Assembly (NCBI GenBank): GCA_001770775.1
Contig: MESA01000021.1
Coordinates: forward strand, 17,852 to 81,851
Length of the DNA stretch: 64,000 nucleotides
Direction: 5' to 3'
Origin: Burkholderiales bacterium RIFCSPHIGHO2_12_FULL_63_20
Lineage (GTDB): Bacteria > Pseudomonadota > Gammaproteobacteria > Burkholderiales > Burkholderiaceae_C
In this document: in pieces, positions 9,358-19,417 of the stretch
How the letters are laid out: every line of letters starts with the position of its first letter
Position numbering within the stretch: the first letter of the stretch is position 1
Made by a program: the position numbers and the translations under genes
Notes under the pieces: generated by a model
Databases searched by the model: none
The model's input: only the letters and a program-made list of their open reading frames with translations
Told to the model about the DNA's origin: nothing

Positions 9358-11183
9358 CAGAAGGTTTCCCAGTCCTGATCGTCCACCACAGCGGCCTTGG
9401 GCGAGGAGCGCACAGGTGCCGGGGCAGGTGCTGCCGGCGTTTTCACCGGGGCTTTCGCAGGCGGCACCGTCACGGCAGACGGTTCAGTCTTTACAGCCAC
9501 CGGCGTGGATGCCGCAGCCGTTGCCGGCTTGGACAGCGGGCGTGCTGCGCCTGCGGCAGGGGCCGTCGGCACGGAACGCGCTGCGGGCTTCAAGGGCTTC
9601 GATGTGGACAGGGCCGTGGCGGCTGGCGTGTAGGAGCCGCCGCTGACTCGGAACAGCGACACCACCTCGCCCAGCTTGCGGGCCTGATCGCTCAGGGCAC
9701 TCGCAGCCGCAGCCGACTCTTCGACCAACGCGGCATTTTGCTGCGTCATCTGGTCCAGGTTGCCCACGGCCTGGTTGACCTGGCTGATGCCCTGTTGTTG
9801 CTCGCTGGAGGCCGCGGAGATCTCGGCGATCAGGTCGCCGACACGTCGCACGCCCATCACGATCTCCTGCATGGCCGAGCCCGCTTCGGTCACCTGTTGC
9901 GAGCCAGACTCCACGCTTTCCACCGAGCGCTGGATCAAGGTCTTGATCTCCTTGGCAGCCTCGGCACTGCGGTGCGCCAGGTTGCGCACTTCGCTGGCCA
10001 CCACCGCAAAGCCACGCCCCTGCTCACCAGCCCGGGCGGCTTCCACAGCCGCGTTCAAGGCCAGGATGTTGGTCTGGAACGCAATCCCATCAATGACCCC
10101 GATGATGTCGGAGATGCGACGCGAACTGTCCGAGATGTGCTGCATGCTGGTGACCACATTGCCCATGACCTCACCACCGCGCGTGGCCGCCTGCGTGGCG
10201 TTCAGCGCCAGCTGATTGGCTTGGCGGGCCGTTTCGGCCGACTGGGTCACGTTGCTGGTCAGCTGCTCCATGCTGGCTGCCGTCTCCTGGAGGTTGGCGG
10301 CCGTTTGTTCGGTGCGCGACGAAAGATCATGGTTGCCATTGGCGATCTCTGTCGATGCGGTCGACACCGAATCCACACCGGATCGCACCTCGGACACCAA
10401 ACCACGCAAGCGCTCGCTCATCTGGGCAAAGGCCTTGAGCAGGTCGCCGAACTCGTCATGGCGATGGGTATGCAGATTCTGCGTCAGATCGCCCTCGCTG
10501 ATGGCCTTGGCCACGGCGATGGTCTGCTGCAAGGGATGCACGATGGAGCGGATCAGGATCAGCGTCAGACTCACGGCCACAGCCAGCAAGAACGCGGCGG
10601 CAATCAGGCCCATGATGGCCACCTTGCGACGCGCTTCGTGCATGAGTGCCACCGCTTCATCGCGGTCCTTCTCTTGCAGCTTGACGAACTCGCTGAGCGC
10701 ATTCAACAGCTGATTGGCAGCGGGCGTGAACTGCTGCTGGGTGAACTGCAGCAAGGCCACACTGTCACCGCTCGCCTTGACCGCCGGCACCTGCTTGAGC
10801 AAGGCCACGGCGGTAGCCCGTGCCTGCGCCACTTTCTCGTAGGCCTGCTTGTCAGAATCGGTGATCAAGCTCTCGCGAACGGCTTGTTGCAGCTCGGAGA
10901 TGTTCGCCGAATTGGCCGCGGAACGCTCGCCCAGAATCTTGGATGCCGCCTCGTCCTGCACGTTGATCGCGGCGGTCGTCCGCTCAATCACGACCTCGGT
11001 CAAGCCCTGCCAGCGTACCGCTCGCGTGATGGCCGCCTCGTTGCGCTCCACTTCTTCCAGCGCCGCGAGCATGGCCACGCTCGCTCGGTTCTGGGTGAAA
11101 GCGGCGGCGGCCAGCATCACGATCAGCAAACCAATGACGGTGCCCCAGAGCTTAGGTGCTACCCGAATGTCGTCCAGCTTCAT
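9357..11183 (-). CDS. Methyl-accepting chemotaxis protein (periplasmic four-helix sensor, HAMP, signalling domain)
   Basis: Two TMs, HAMP ([18 protein letters not shown]), [30 protein letters not shown], Pro/Ala-rich linker and C-terminal pentapeptide DWETF. Confidence 0.97.
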   Translation of the reverse strand: MKLDDIRVAPKLWGTVIGLLIVMLAAAAFTQNRASVAMLAALEEVERNEAAITRAVRWQGLTEVVIERTTAAINVQDEAASKILGERSAANSANISELQQAVRESLITDSDKQAYEKVAQARATAVALLKQVPAVKASGDSVALLQFTQQQFTPAANQLLNALSEFVKLQEKDRDEAVALMHEARRKVAIMGLIAAAFLLAVAVSLTLILIRSIVHPLQQTIAVAKAISEGDLTQNLHTHRHDEFGDLLKAFAQMSERLRGLVSEVRSGVDSVSTASTEIANGNHDLSSRTEQTAANLQETAASMEQLTSNVTQSAETARQANQLALNATQAATRGGEVMGNVVTSMQHISDSSRRISDIIGVIDGIAFQTNILALNAAVEAARAGEQGRGFAVVASEVRNLAHRSAEAAKEIKTLIQRSVESVESGSQQVTEAGSAMQEIVMGVRRVGDLIAEISAASSEQQQGISQVNQAVGNLDQMTQQNAALVEESAAAASALSDQARKLGEVVSLFRVSGGSYTPAATALSTSKPLKPAARSVPTAPAAGAARPLSKPATAAASTPVAVKTEPSAVTVPPAKAPVKTPAAPAPAPVRSSPKAAVVDDQDWETF

Positions 11184-11228
11184 GTTCTCATTCCGTTCTG
11201 CGTTCAATTCAGCCAGACCAATTTACAT

Positions 11229-11255
11229 TGATCGGTCTGTTGGCGAAACAGATGA
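11229..11255 (-). promoter_or_regulatory. Possible sigma28 (FliA) promoter for the MCP gene
   Basis: Minus strand TCATC-N14-ACCGATCA is a partial match to TCAAG/TAAA-N14-15-GCCGATAA, just upstream of a chemoreceptor gene. Confidence 0.3.
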
Positions 11256-11359
11256 ACGTGGAAATAGTGCAAGGTCGTGCAAGAGATCGCATCTCAGCCG
11301 CAGCAGACGTGGCAAAAGTGCACGACCACTGCGCCACACCCCACACAACCCAGCAGCAT

Positions 11360-11527
11360 TTACTTTTTGGCGTAAGGAGTCAGCACGCGACAGGTCACCG
11401 CAAATGGCACCCTGAACGCGTCAAACCACTGCGCAGCCGCGTGCCAGGACAACTCGTCCCGCTCAAGCAACTGCACGGCTCGGTCAATCATGCGTCGCAT
11501 CTCGTGCCGATAGCGCTGCTCAGCCAT
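11360..11527 (-). CDS. Small hypothetical protein (55 aa)
   Basis: MAEQRYRHEMRRMIDRAVQLL...RVPFAVTCRVLT; GGGGG purine run before ATG 11527; fills an otherwise empty gap. Confidence 0.55.
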   Translation of the reverse strand: MAEQRYRHEMRRMIDRAVQLLERDELSWHAAAQWFDAFRVPFAVTCRVLTPYAKK

Positions 11528-11682
11528 GTCGACCCCCGTTTGATTTGATTTGTGGGCCAATATAGCCAGATTTCGCCAGATGCAAAAGCCATCGACGTCG
11601 ATGATGGCATCGGCCCATACGGTGCGTGGGCGATACTCGGGATTCCTGGTTTCATGACCAGTTCACATTTCGGAGCACTCCC

Positions 11683-12033
11683 ATGACCAAACACCGCAGC
11701 CGTCGTCAACGCAAAAAACTGCACGTCGGCGAATTTCAAGAATTCGGTTTTGCCTTCAAAACCCAGCTGAAGGACGGCGCCCGCGAAGAAGTGTTCGTCG
11801 ACGCCTTGCTGGAAGAAGTGATCGAGCCCAATGGCCTCGAATTTGGCGGCTGGGCCAATGGTGGCTTCATCACCAAGTCCGAACGCGGCAGCGTCTCGGC
11901 CGAAGACCGCACCGCCCTGATCGACTGGCTGCGCGCCCGCTCGGACGTGGCCTCGGCCCGCGTCAGCGAACTGGTGGACGCCTGGTACACCGACTTTGTG
12001 ACGGAAGACGCGCTGGCGCCTGTGGTGGGCTAA
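11683..12033 (+). CDS. yggL: YggL / DUF469 family (50S ribosome-binding) protein
   Basis: Diagnostic N-terminus RSRRQRKKLHVGEFQEFGF and C-terminal ELVDAWY; GGAG RBS. Confidence 0.9.
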   Translation: MTKHRSRRQRKKLHVGEFQEFGFAFKTQLKDGAREEVFVDALLEEVIEPNGLEFGGWANGGFITKSERGSVSAEDRTALIDWLRARSDVASARVSELVDAWYTDFVTEDALAPVVG

Positions 12034-12070
12034 AGCGGCTCATCGCCCTGCGGGCGGCTGGAAAACCCAA

Positions 12071-12640
12071 TCAGCCCTGCCAGCTACGCACCCGGCCGGT
12101 GTCGACATGCAGGAACTGCTCGCCAGGGTAGTAACCGACGCCTCCCGCCCGCAGCGACAAGGCCACATCGCGCAGTTCGCTGAGTGGCACCCCGGGCAGG
12201 CGGATGTCGATGGCTTTGCCATCCATGTGCAGGCTGCGTCGCGCGACACCGCCACTGCGCGTGGTGCGCAGCGACTCATTGGTGGTGGGGCAGCGGTAAG
12301 CGGAAATCACCTCGAACGACTGCGAGACACCCAACTCGAGCTGGACCCGGTGCAGCAGGTCGAACAAAGTCGGATCGATCACGCCCACGTCACCGGAGTA
12401 GTGATCGCGCAAGAAATGGTTCAACGAGGCCAAGGCATCGGGCACGTACTGCGCGTTCTCTGCGTACACCAGAGCCAGCTTCTCGCCGGTGTGGGTGTGG
12501 TCCAGCGCCAGACTGCGCACGCCGTCTTCGGCCGCAAGGGCTGACTGACACGCCAGGGGCACGGCGAGGCCCGCCACCGCCAGCTGCGCAGTGCGGCGCA
12601 TGAACAGTCGACGGGCAGGATGTGACAGCGGCACAGGCAT
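12071..12640 (-). CDS. mepK: YcbK/MepK (DUF882, M15) peptidoglycan peptidase with Tat signal
   Basis: RRLFM Tat-like signal, LNHFLRDH, ISAYRCP.TN, SLHMDGKAID, GVGYYP and FLHVDTG; paired with a YcbB homolog. Confidence 0.9.
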   Translation of the reverse strand: MPVPLSHPARRLFMRRTAQLAVAGLAVPLACQSALAAEDGVRSLALDHTHTGEKLALVYAENAQYVPDALASLNHFLRDHYSGDVGVIDPTLFDLLHRVQLELGVSQSFEVISAYRCPTTNESLRTTRSGGVARRSLHMDGKAIDIRLPGVPLSELRDVALSLRAGGVGYYPGEQFLHVDTGRVRSWQG

Positions 12641-12662
12641 CTCAGATCGGCAAAACTAGATT

Positions 12663-14228
12663 TTATTCTGCTTCCAATTTCGGCTGATGCCGTGGGGGCA
12701 ATCCCGTGGGACGCTCGCGCAGCGCCTGGTCCAGCATCGCATCATGCCCGTACAGGTCGGGGTAGAAAAAGACCCGGCCGCCCTTGACGACCACCGTGCT
12801 GTACGCGATCAGCACCCGCAGTGGCTGCTGCAGACGCAAGGTGCGGGACTCGCCCTTCTCCATGGCCTGACGGATGCGCTCCTCGGTCCAGTCGGGCTGG
12901 TCCTGCAGGACAAACCGGGCCAGTGCGACCGGCTCCTGGACGCGGATGCAGCCGTGGCTGTAATCGCGCCGTTCTCGCTCGAACAGCTGCGGTGCCGGGG
13001 TGTGGTGCAAGTAGATGTTGTCGTGGTTGGGGAAGACAAACTTGATGTCGCCCAGGGCATTCTTGGGGCCAGGCCGCTGCCGGATGCGCCAACCATCTTG
13101 CAGAACGGCATTCAGGTGCGCAGTCGACAAGGCGGTGACCACCTGGCCACTGGGCGTCACGAACTCAAAGTCCTGCTCCCGAAAATAGGCCGGATCGCGC
13201 CGGATCTTGGGCACGGTTTCCGCACGGGCGATCGACGGCGGCACGTTCCAGTATGGACTGAACTCGATGAAGCGCATGTCTGCATCGAACAGGGGCGTAT
13301 GGGTGTCCAGCGCCTTGCCCACGATGACCCTCATCGTCACCTGAACGTTCACCTGCTCATCTCGCACCTCGTACGCACGCAGGACAAATTCCGGCACATT
13401 GACCACGATCATGCGGGGTGCATTCAACAGCGGGGTCCAGCGCAGTCGCTCCAGAGACAGCTCGATCTGACGCACGCGCTCGGCAGGCGTCACGTTCAGT
13501 TGTTGCAGCGTGGCCCGCCCCAGCACGCCATCGGTTGCCAGGCCATGGCGCTCCTGAAACGCCTGCAAGCCCGTCACCAGCATGCCGTCGAAGCGCTCCG
13601 GCAGGGGCGTCCCGACGGGCAGGTCGCCCAGGGCCTCCAAGCGCTGAGCCAGCAGCATCAGGCCAGCATAGGGCTGCCCTGTCTCCAGCTTGCGGCGAGG
13701 CAAGGGCGGCAGAGGCGTCTGCCAAGCTGGATGATCGACCAACGCCCGGTACCGGGCCAGCGCTTGGCGCAACGTGCGGTACATGGGCAATCGGGGTGCC
13801 ACTTCGCGCAAGGCTTCGGGCAGGTTGCCTCGTGCAATGGCGTCGCGCAAGAAGGCGTTGGCGTCAAACGGCGCATGCAGGGGCACGTCAAAATCAGCGT
13901 GAATCTGACGCGGGTCGATCCGCCCGTTGCGCAGGTCCGTCAGGTAGCGTTGGAGTGCCGACGTCAGCGTGGCATCCAGCGCCCCCAACTCCGCATCGGA
14001 CAGCCCCGCCCCTTGCTGCGCCACGCTCAACTGTGAGTCCAGCATGGCGGCCTGGTAGTCACCTGGGTAAAGGCCCTCATCGGCAGCCGACAACAGGATG
14101 TCCACCGCCTGCCGGGCTTCGGCCGTCGGCCTGCCCGCGCTGAACCAGAGCTGTGCGTCATCGGCCAGTGCCGGCCCCGCCGCCCAAGCGACGAGCAGCA
14201 GGAGAGATCGAAACCACTTCGAGAACAT
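12663..14228 (-). CDS. ldtD: Murein L,D-transpeptidase YcbB/LdtD family
   Basis: Signal peptide, PG-binding FQERHGLATDGVLG, NLERLRW-like SLERLRW, PYWNVPPSI, IYLHHTP and SHGCIRV. The ORF-track extension into the tRNA was discarded. Confidence 0.92.
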   Translation of the reverse strand: MFSKWFRSLLLLVAWAAGPALADDAQLWFSAGRPTAEARQAVDILLSAADEGLYPGDYQAAMLDSQLSVAQQGAGLSDAELGALDATLTSALQRYLTDLRNGRIDPRQIHADFDVPLHAPFDANAFLRDAIARGNLPEALREVAPRLPMYRTLRQALARYRALVDHPAWQTPLPPLPRRKLETGQPYAGLMLLAQRLEALGDLPVGTPLPERFDGMLVTGLQAFQERHGLATDGVLGRATLQQLNVTPAERVRQIELSLERLRWTPLLNAPRMIVVNVPEFVLRAYEVRDEQVNVQVTMRVIVGKALDTHTPLFDADMRFIEFSPYWNVPPSIARAETVPKIRRDPAYFREQDFEFVTPSGQVVTALSTAHLNAVLQDGWRIRQRPGPKNALGDIKFVFPNHDNIYLHHTPAPQLFERERRDYSHGCIRVQEPVALARFVLQDQPDWTEERIRQAMEKGESRTLRLQQPLRVLIAYSTVVVKGGRVFFYPDLYGHDAMLDQALRERPTGLPPRHQPKLEAE

Positions 14229-14273
14229 CGTCAACAACCACCCAGCCGCACAGCGGCGACATGCGACGCCAAC

Positions 14274-14303
14274 AAAAAAACCAACCCCAAAAGAGGTTGG
14301 TTT
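14274..14303 (-). terminator. Intrinsic terminator downstream of tRNA-Ile2
   Basis: Minus strand AAACCAACCTC-TTTT-GGGGTTGG followed by T7, 8 nt after the tRNA CCA. Confidence 0.8.
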
Positions 14304-14311
14304 CTCAATTT

Positions 14312-14388
14312 TGGTAGGCCGTGTTGGACTTGAACCAACGACCAAAGGATTATGAGTCCTCTGCTCTAACCAACTGAGCTAACGGCCC
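14312..14388 (-). tRNA. tRNA with CAT anticodon, Ile2 (lysidine) type
   Basis: GGGCCGTTAGCTCAGTTGGTTAGAGCAGAGGACTCATAATCCTTTGGTCGTTGGTTCAAGTCCAACACGGCCTACCA forms a full cloverleaf with encoded CCA. It lacks initiator features and resembles ileX; Ile2 versus elongator Met is a by-eye call. Confidence 0.85.
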
Positions 14389-14415
14389 CCTGCCTTGCAC
14401 AACAAGGAATCCGCG

Positions 14416-14421
14416 ATTGTA
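14416..14421 (-). promoter_or_regulatory. Likely -10 element of the tRNA promoter
   Basis: TACAAT followed by the GC-rich discriminator-like CGCGG, about 28 nt upstream of the tRNA 5' end; no clear -35. Confidence 0.45.
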
Positions 14422-14542
14422 GGGCCTGCCCGCGCCGCCCTCCGCGGCCTCACGCCCCTCGAAATCAGCGCCCCCGCCTCGGATTTGCAGCATGGCCTAC
14501 GATGAAGGTTCACCCCTGCCCTCATCACTTCGGAGCCTCCCC

Positions 14543-15592
14543 ATGCAATACCGCCCCCTTGGCCGCACCGGCCTCAACGTGAGTGCCATCGCACTGGGCA
14601 CCATGACCTGGGGCGAGCAGAACACCGAAGCCGAGGCACACGCGCAGCTCGACTTCGCGCTGGACGCCGGCATCAACCTGATCGACACCGCCGAGATGTA
14701 CCCGGTGCCACCTCGCCCCGAGACCCAGGGCCGCACCGAGCAGTACATCGGCACCTGGCTGCGCAAGACGGGCCGACGCCAGGACATCATCCTGGCCACC
14801 AAGGCCACCGGCCCGGCCCGCCAGGCCGCGCGCCCCAGTCACGTGCGCGGCGGCCGCTTGCTGCACACCCGCGAGAACCTGTTCGAAGCCGTCAACCTGA
14901 GCCTGCAGCGCCTGCAGACCGACCACATCGACCTGTACCAGTTGCACTGGCCCGACCGCTCCACCAACACCTTCGGCCAGCTCGGTTTCAGCCACCTCAA
15001 GGACGAAGAGACCACGCCGATCGAAGAGTCGCTGGCCGCTCTGCAGGAGCTGGTGCAGGCCGGCAAGATCCGGCACGTGGCCGTCTCCAACGAAACCCCC
15101 TGGGGCCTGAGCCGCTTTGTGCACCTGGCCGAGACCCGCGCCCTGCCCCGCGTGGCCAGCATCCAGAACCCCTACAGCCTGCTCAACCGCAGTTTCGAGA
15201 TCGGCTTGGCCGAGATGTCGCTGCGCGAGGACGTGGGGCTGCTGGCCTACTCCCCGCTGGGCTTTGGCGTCTTGAGTGGCAAGTACCTGGCCGGCCAGCG
15301 ACCCGAGGGCGGCCGCCTCAGCCTGTTCGAGCGTTTCAGCCGCTACAGCAACGACAACGCCGAGCGGGCCACTTACGAATATGTGAGCCTGTTCCGCCGT
15401 CACGGCATCGACCCGGCCCAAGGCGCACTGGCCTTCGTCAACCGGCAAGCCTTCGTCACCAGCAACATCATCGGGGCGACCTCGCTGGCCCAGCTGCGCA
15501 GCAACATCGACAGCCTGACTGTGACGCTGCCGCCGGAGGTGCTCGAAGGCATCGAGGCCATCCACCAACGCTATCCCAACCCGGCGCCCTGA
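14543..15592 (+). CDS. tas: NADP(H)-dependent aldo/keto reductase, Tas family
   Basis: LGTMTWGEQNTE, GINLIDTAEMYPVPP, LQTDHIDLYQLHWPDR, SNETPWG and IQNPYSLLNR. Confidence 0.92.
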   Translation: MQYRPLGRTGLNVSAIALGTMTWGEQNTEAEAHAQLDFALDAGINLIDTAEMYPVPPRPETQGRTEQYIGTWLRKTGRRQDIILATKATGPARQAARPSHVRGGRLLHTRENLFEAVNLSLQRLQTDHIDLYQLHWPDRSTNTFGQLGFSHLKDEETTPIEESLAALQELVQAGKIRHVAVSNETPWGLSRFVHLAETRALPRVASIQNPYSLLNRSFEIGLAEMSLREDVGLLAYSPLGFGVLSGKYLAGQRPEGGRLSLFERFSRYSNDNAERATYEYVSLFRRHGIDPAQGALAFVNRQAFVTSNIIGATSLAQLRSNIDSLTVTLPPEVLEGIEAIHQRYPNPAP

Positions 15593-15635
15593 ACCAACCC
15601 TGAGCCCACGCAGCGCGAACGGGCCGGCGTCGGGC

Positions 15636-16655
15636 TTACTTCTGACTCAGCGCGTTGCTGACCAGCCGGGAAGTGATGTCCACGATCTCGATCATGCGGT
15701 CGTAGGCCATGCGGGTGGGGCCGATCACGCCCAGCGTACCGACCACCTTGCCGTGGATCTCGTACGGGGCCGAGACCACCGACAGCTCCTCGAACGGCAC
15801 CACCTGGCTCTCGCCCCCGATGTAGATGCGCACGCCATCGGCGCGGCTGGAGCCATCCAGCAGGCGCATCAGCTGCGTCTTCTGCTCGAACAGGTCGAAC
15901 ATGCGGCGCAGCGAGCCCAGGTCCTGCGAGAAGTCTTCCACCGTCAGCAGGTTGCGCTCGCCCGACAGCACCAACTGGTCGCTGCTTTCGGCCATGGCCT
16001 CGCCACCGGCCTGCACGGCGGCCTGCATCAGGGTGGCGATGTCGCCGCGCAGCTGATCGACCTCGCAGCGCAGGCGCTCGCGCATCTCCTCAATCGTCAG
16101 ACCCGAGTAATGCGCGTTGAGGATGTTGGTGGCCTCGACCAGTTGCGACTGGCTGAAGTCCTCGGCGGTGAAGATGACGCGGTTTTGCACATCGCCGTCG
16201 GGCGAGACCAGGATGACCAGCACACGCTTGTCACCCAGGCGCAAAAATTCAATGTGGCGGAACACCGAGGCCTTGCGCGGCGCCGTCACCACGCCCACAA
16301 AGTGCGAAAGGCTGGAGAGGATGTTGGCGGCGTTGGCAATGACGCGCTGCGGCTGGTCGGGCTGCAGCTGCCCGCGCGCTTCGCTGCTCAGCTCCCCCAT
16401 GCCCTGCGGGCGAGCGGTCAGCATCGTGTCCACAAACAGGCGGTAGCCCTTGGGGGTGGGCACGCGGCCGGCCGAGGTGTGCGGGCTGACGATCAGGCCC
16501 AGCTCCTCCAGGTCGGCCATGACGTTGCGGATGGTGGCAGCCGACAAGTCCAAGCCCGACGCGCGCGACAGCGTGCGAGAGCCAACAGGTTGGCCATCGG
16601 CAATGTAGCGCTCGACCAGCGCTTTCAACAGGATCTTGGCACGGTCATCCAGCAT
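15636..16655 (-). CDS. hrcA: Heat-inducible transcription repressor HrcA
   Basis: [47 protein letters not shown] and [10 protein letters not shown]. Confidence 0.97.
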   Translation of the reverse strand: MLDDRAKILLKALVERYIADGQPVGSRTLSRASGLDLSAATIRNVMADLEELGLIVSPHTSAGRVPTPKGYRLFVDTMLTARPQGMGELSSEARGQLQPDQPQRVIANAANILSSLSHFVGVVTAPRKASVFRHIEFLRLGDKRVLVILVSPDGDVQNRVIFTAEDFSQSQLVEATNILNAHYSGLTIEEMRERLRCEVDQLRGDIATLMQAAVQAGGEAMAESSDQLVLSGERNLLTVEDFSQDLGSLRRMFDLFEQKTQLMRLLDGSSRADGVRIYIGGESQVVPFEELSVVSAPYEIHGKVVGTLGVIGPTRMAYDRMIEIVDITSRLVSNALSQK

Positions 16656-16749
16656 GGGTGTCTCATTCTAGTTCTGGGCCGCGTGTTTGACGCCGCCCGC
16701 ACAGGGGAATGACCTCATTTGTCACATCCGCTGTGGTGTAATTCTTCGC

Positions 16750-17652
16750 ATGCCGAGTACGCCTTCCTGTCGCTTCCGTCACGCCGCCCTGGTGGGCAAA
16801 TACCAGGCCCGCGGCATCCGCCCGATTCTGGAAGATGTGGCGCATCTGCTGGCCCGCGCCGGCCTGGACGTGTCGCTGGAGAGCGAGACCGCCTACAACA
16901 CCGGCATGACCGAGTATCCGGCCTTGAGCATCAAGGAAATCGGCCAGCAATGCGACGTGGCCGTGGTGCTGGGTGGCGACGGCACCATGCTCGCCATCGC
17001 CCGCGAGCTGGCCCCGTTCAACATCCCGCTGATCGGCATCAACCAGGGCCGTCTGGGCTTCATCACCGACATCCCGCTCAAGGACGTGGGCACCACCCTG
17101 CCCCTGATGCTGCGCGGCGAATACGAAGAAGACCGCCGTGCCATGCTGGCCGGGGCCGTGCTGCGCCCGATCCGCGGCGACGGTTTCGAGACCATCTACG
17201 AAGGCTTTGCCATCAACGAGGTGCTGGTGAGCCGTGGTGCCACCGCCAGCATGGTCGAGCTGCGTGCCGAGATCGACGGCCAGTTCGTCGCCAACTACCG
17301 CGCCGACGGCCTGCTGGTGTCCTCGCCCACGGGTTCGACCGCCTATGCGATGTCGGCCGGCGGCCCCATCATGCACCCGGGTGTGGGTGGCTGGGTGATC
17401 GTGCCGATTGCCTCGCACACCCTGTCCAACCGACCATTGGTTGTGTCGGACGACGTCACCATCACCATCGAGATCGTGGCCGGCAAGGATGCGGGCATGA
17501 ACTTCGACATGCAAAGCCTGGCCAGCCTGCTGCACGGCGACCGCGTGATCGTGCGCCGGTCCGACCACCATGTGCGCTTCCTGCACCCCAAGGGCTGGAG
17601 CTACTACGCGACCTTGCGCCGCAAACTGCGCTGGAATGAAGGAGTGAGTTAA
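16750..17652 (+). CDS. nadK: NAD kinase
   Basis: [22 protein letters not shown] and [22 protein letters not shown]. Confidence 0.97.
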   Translation: MPSTPSCRFRHAALVGKYQARGIRPILEDVAHLLARAGLDVSLESETAYNTGMTEYPALSIKEIGQQCDVAVVLGGDGTMLAIARELAPFNIPLIGINQGRLGFITDIPLKDVGTTLPLMLRGEYEEDRRAMLAGAVLRPIRGDGFETIYEGFAINEVLVSRGATASMVELRAEIDGQFVANYRADGLLVSSPTGSTAYAMSAGGPIMHPGVGGWVIVPIASHTLSNRPLVVSDDVTITIEIVAGKDAGMNFDMQSLASLLHGDRVIVRRSDHHVRFLHPKGWSYYATLRRKLRWNEGVS

Positions 17653-17656
17653 CACC

Positions 17657-19417
17657 ATGCTGCGTCGCCTGACCCTGCGTGATTTCGTCATCGTGACCAG
17701 TCTGGAGGTGGACCTGAGCGGCGGCTTCACCGCGCTGACAGGCGAGACCGGCGCGGGCAAGTCCATCCTCATCGACGCCCTGCAGCTCGCCCTGGGCAGC
17801 CGGGGCGACGCCGGGGTGGTGCGCGAGGGCGCGGCGCGTGCCGACATCACCGCCGAGTTCGAACCCTCGGCACAACTGGCCGCCCTGCTGGCACCCTGGC
17901 TGGAAGAAGCCGGCTTCGACAACTTGGAGCCCGGCGCCCCGCTGCTGCTGCGCCGCGTGGTGGACGCCCAAGGCAAGAGCCGCGCCTGGATCAACGGCTC
18001 GCCGGCCACGGCCACGCAATTGCGCGAGCTGGGCGAGCACCTGGTCGACATCCACGGCCAGCACGCCTGGCAAAGCCTCACCCGTGCAGACGCCGTGCGC
18101 GCCCTGGTGGATGCGCAAGCCGGCGTGGACACCCCTGCGCTGCAAGCCGCCTGGGTGGCCCGTCGCGAAGCAGCTCGCCGTCTGGAGGAGGCACGCGGGC
18201 AGCAGGCCGATCTGGAGCGCGAACGCGAGCGCCTGCAGTGGCAGATTGGCGAGCTGGACAAGCTCAACCCGCAGGCCGACGAGTGGGACGCGCTCAACAC
18301 CGAACACAGCCGCCTGAGCCACGGCCAGGCCATTCTGGATGCCGCCCGCGGGGCGCTGGACGCCGTGTCCGAGGCCGATGACAGCGCCGAGAGCCTGACT
18401 GCCCGCGCCATCGACGCGCTGGAAGACGTGGCCTCGGTGGAGCCGCACCTGAGCAACGCCCTGGAAGTGCTGCGCGAAGCCCAGGCGCAACTGCAAGATG
18501 CCGCCCGCAGCCTCAACAGTGCCTTGCACCACACCGAACTCGACCCGGATCGGCTGGCCGAGCTCGATGGGCGCATGTCGATGTGGATGAGCCTGGCGCG
18601 CCGCTACCGCCGCGCCGCGCCCGAACTGCCCGAGTTGCTGCAAAGCTGGCGGGACGAGCTGGCCAAGCTGGACGCTGCCACCGACCTGGACAAGCTGGAG
18701 CGCGAGGCACAGGCCGCACATCAGGCCTGGCTGGCCGTGGCCCAGACCGTGACACGCCAGCGCAGCGCGGCCACACCGGCCCTGTCGCAGGCCGTGACCG
18801 AGGCCATGCAGGAGCTGGGCATGAAGGGCGGTCGCTTCGAAGTGGCCCTCACCGCGCAAAGCGAGCCCCAGGCGTTTGGCCTGGAGAACATCGAATTTCT
18901 GGTGGCGGGTCATGCCGGCAGCACGCCTCGTCCCTTGGGCAAAGTGGCCTCCGGCGGCGAGCTGTCGCGCCTGGCCCTGGCCATTGCGGTCACCACCTCG
19001 CAGCGCAGCGACGAGCGCAGCCAGGTCGGCACCCTCATCTTCGACGAGATCGATTCGGGCGTGGGCGGTGCGGTGGCCGACACCGTGGGCCGCCTGATGC
19101 AGCGTCTGGGTCGCGACCGGCAGGTCATGGCGGTGACCCACCTGGCGCAGGTCGCCGCGTGTGCGCACCAGCATCTGCTGGTGGCCAAGGCGGTGCACGA
19201 CGGCCAGACCACCAGCGACATCCGCGAGGTGCGTGATGACGTCCGCACCACCGAAATCGCCCGCATGCTGGGCGGCCAGATCACCGAGACCAGCCGCGCC
19301 CATGCGCAGGCCATGCTCACCACAGCCCACGCACAAGACGCTCAGGACGCCAAAGACGCCGACACCGCCGTCCTGGCGGTCGGCAAAGCCCCCCGACGCC
19401 GCAAGGAGGCCGCATGA
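17657..19417 (+). CDS. recN: DNA repair protein RecN
   Basis: [12 protein letters not shown] Walker [16 protein letters not shown] signature, IFDEIDSG Walker B and VTHLAQVA. Confidence 0.97.
   Translation: MLRRLTLRDFVIVTSLEVDLSGGFTALTGETGAGKSILIDALQLALGSRGDAGVVREGAARADITAEFEPSAQLAALLAPWLEEAGFDNLEPGAPLLLRRVVDAQGKSRAWINGSPATATQLRELGEHLVDIHGQHAWQSLTRADAVRALVDAQAGVDTPALQAAWVARREAARRLEEARGQQADLERERERLQWQIGELDKLNPQADEWDALNTEHSRLSHGQAILDAARGALDAVSEADDSAESLTARAIDALEDVASVEPHLSNALEVLREAQAQLQDAARSLNSALHHTELDPDRLAELDGRMSMWMSLARRYRRAAPELPELLQSWRDELAKLDAATDLDKLEREAQAAHQAWLAVAQTVTRQRSAATPALSQAVTEAMQELGMKGGRFEVALTAQSEPQAFGLENIEFLVAGHAGSTPRPLGKVASGGELSRLALAIAVTTSQRSDERSQVGTLIFDEIDSGVGGAVADTVGRLMQRLGRDRQVMAVTHLAQVAACAHQHLLVAKAVHDGQTTSDIREVRDDVRTTEIARMLGGQITETSRAHAQAMLTTAHAQDAQDAKDADTAVLAVGKAPRRRKEAA

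Noticed and set aside
14229-14345. N-terminal extension of the L,D-transpeptidase ORF
   Set aside because: It runs through the tRNA and its terminator. A signal peptide starts at ATG 14228.
5750-14388. Integrative element downstream of tRNA-Ile2 (att repeat, prophage remnant around the ClpP-like gene)
   Set aside because: No duplicate of the tRNA 3' end, no integrase and no phage structural genes were seen.
16656-16749. Search for a CIRCE element upstream of hrcA
   Set aside because: No TTAGCACTC-N9-GAGTGCTAA or close variant is visible; only divergent -10-like hexamers.
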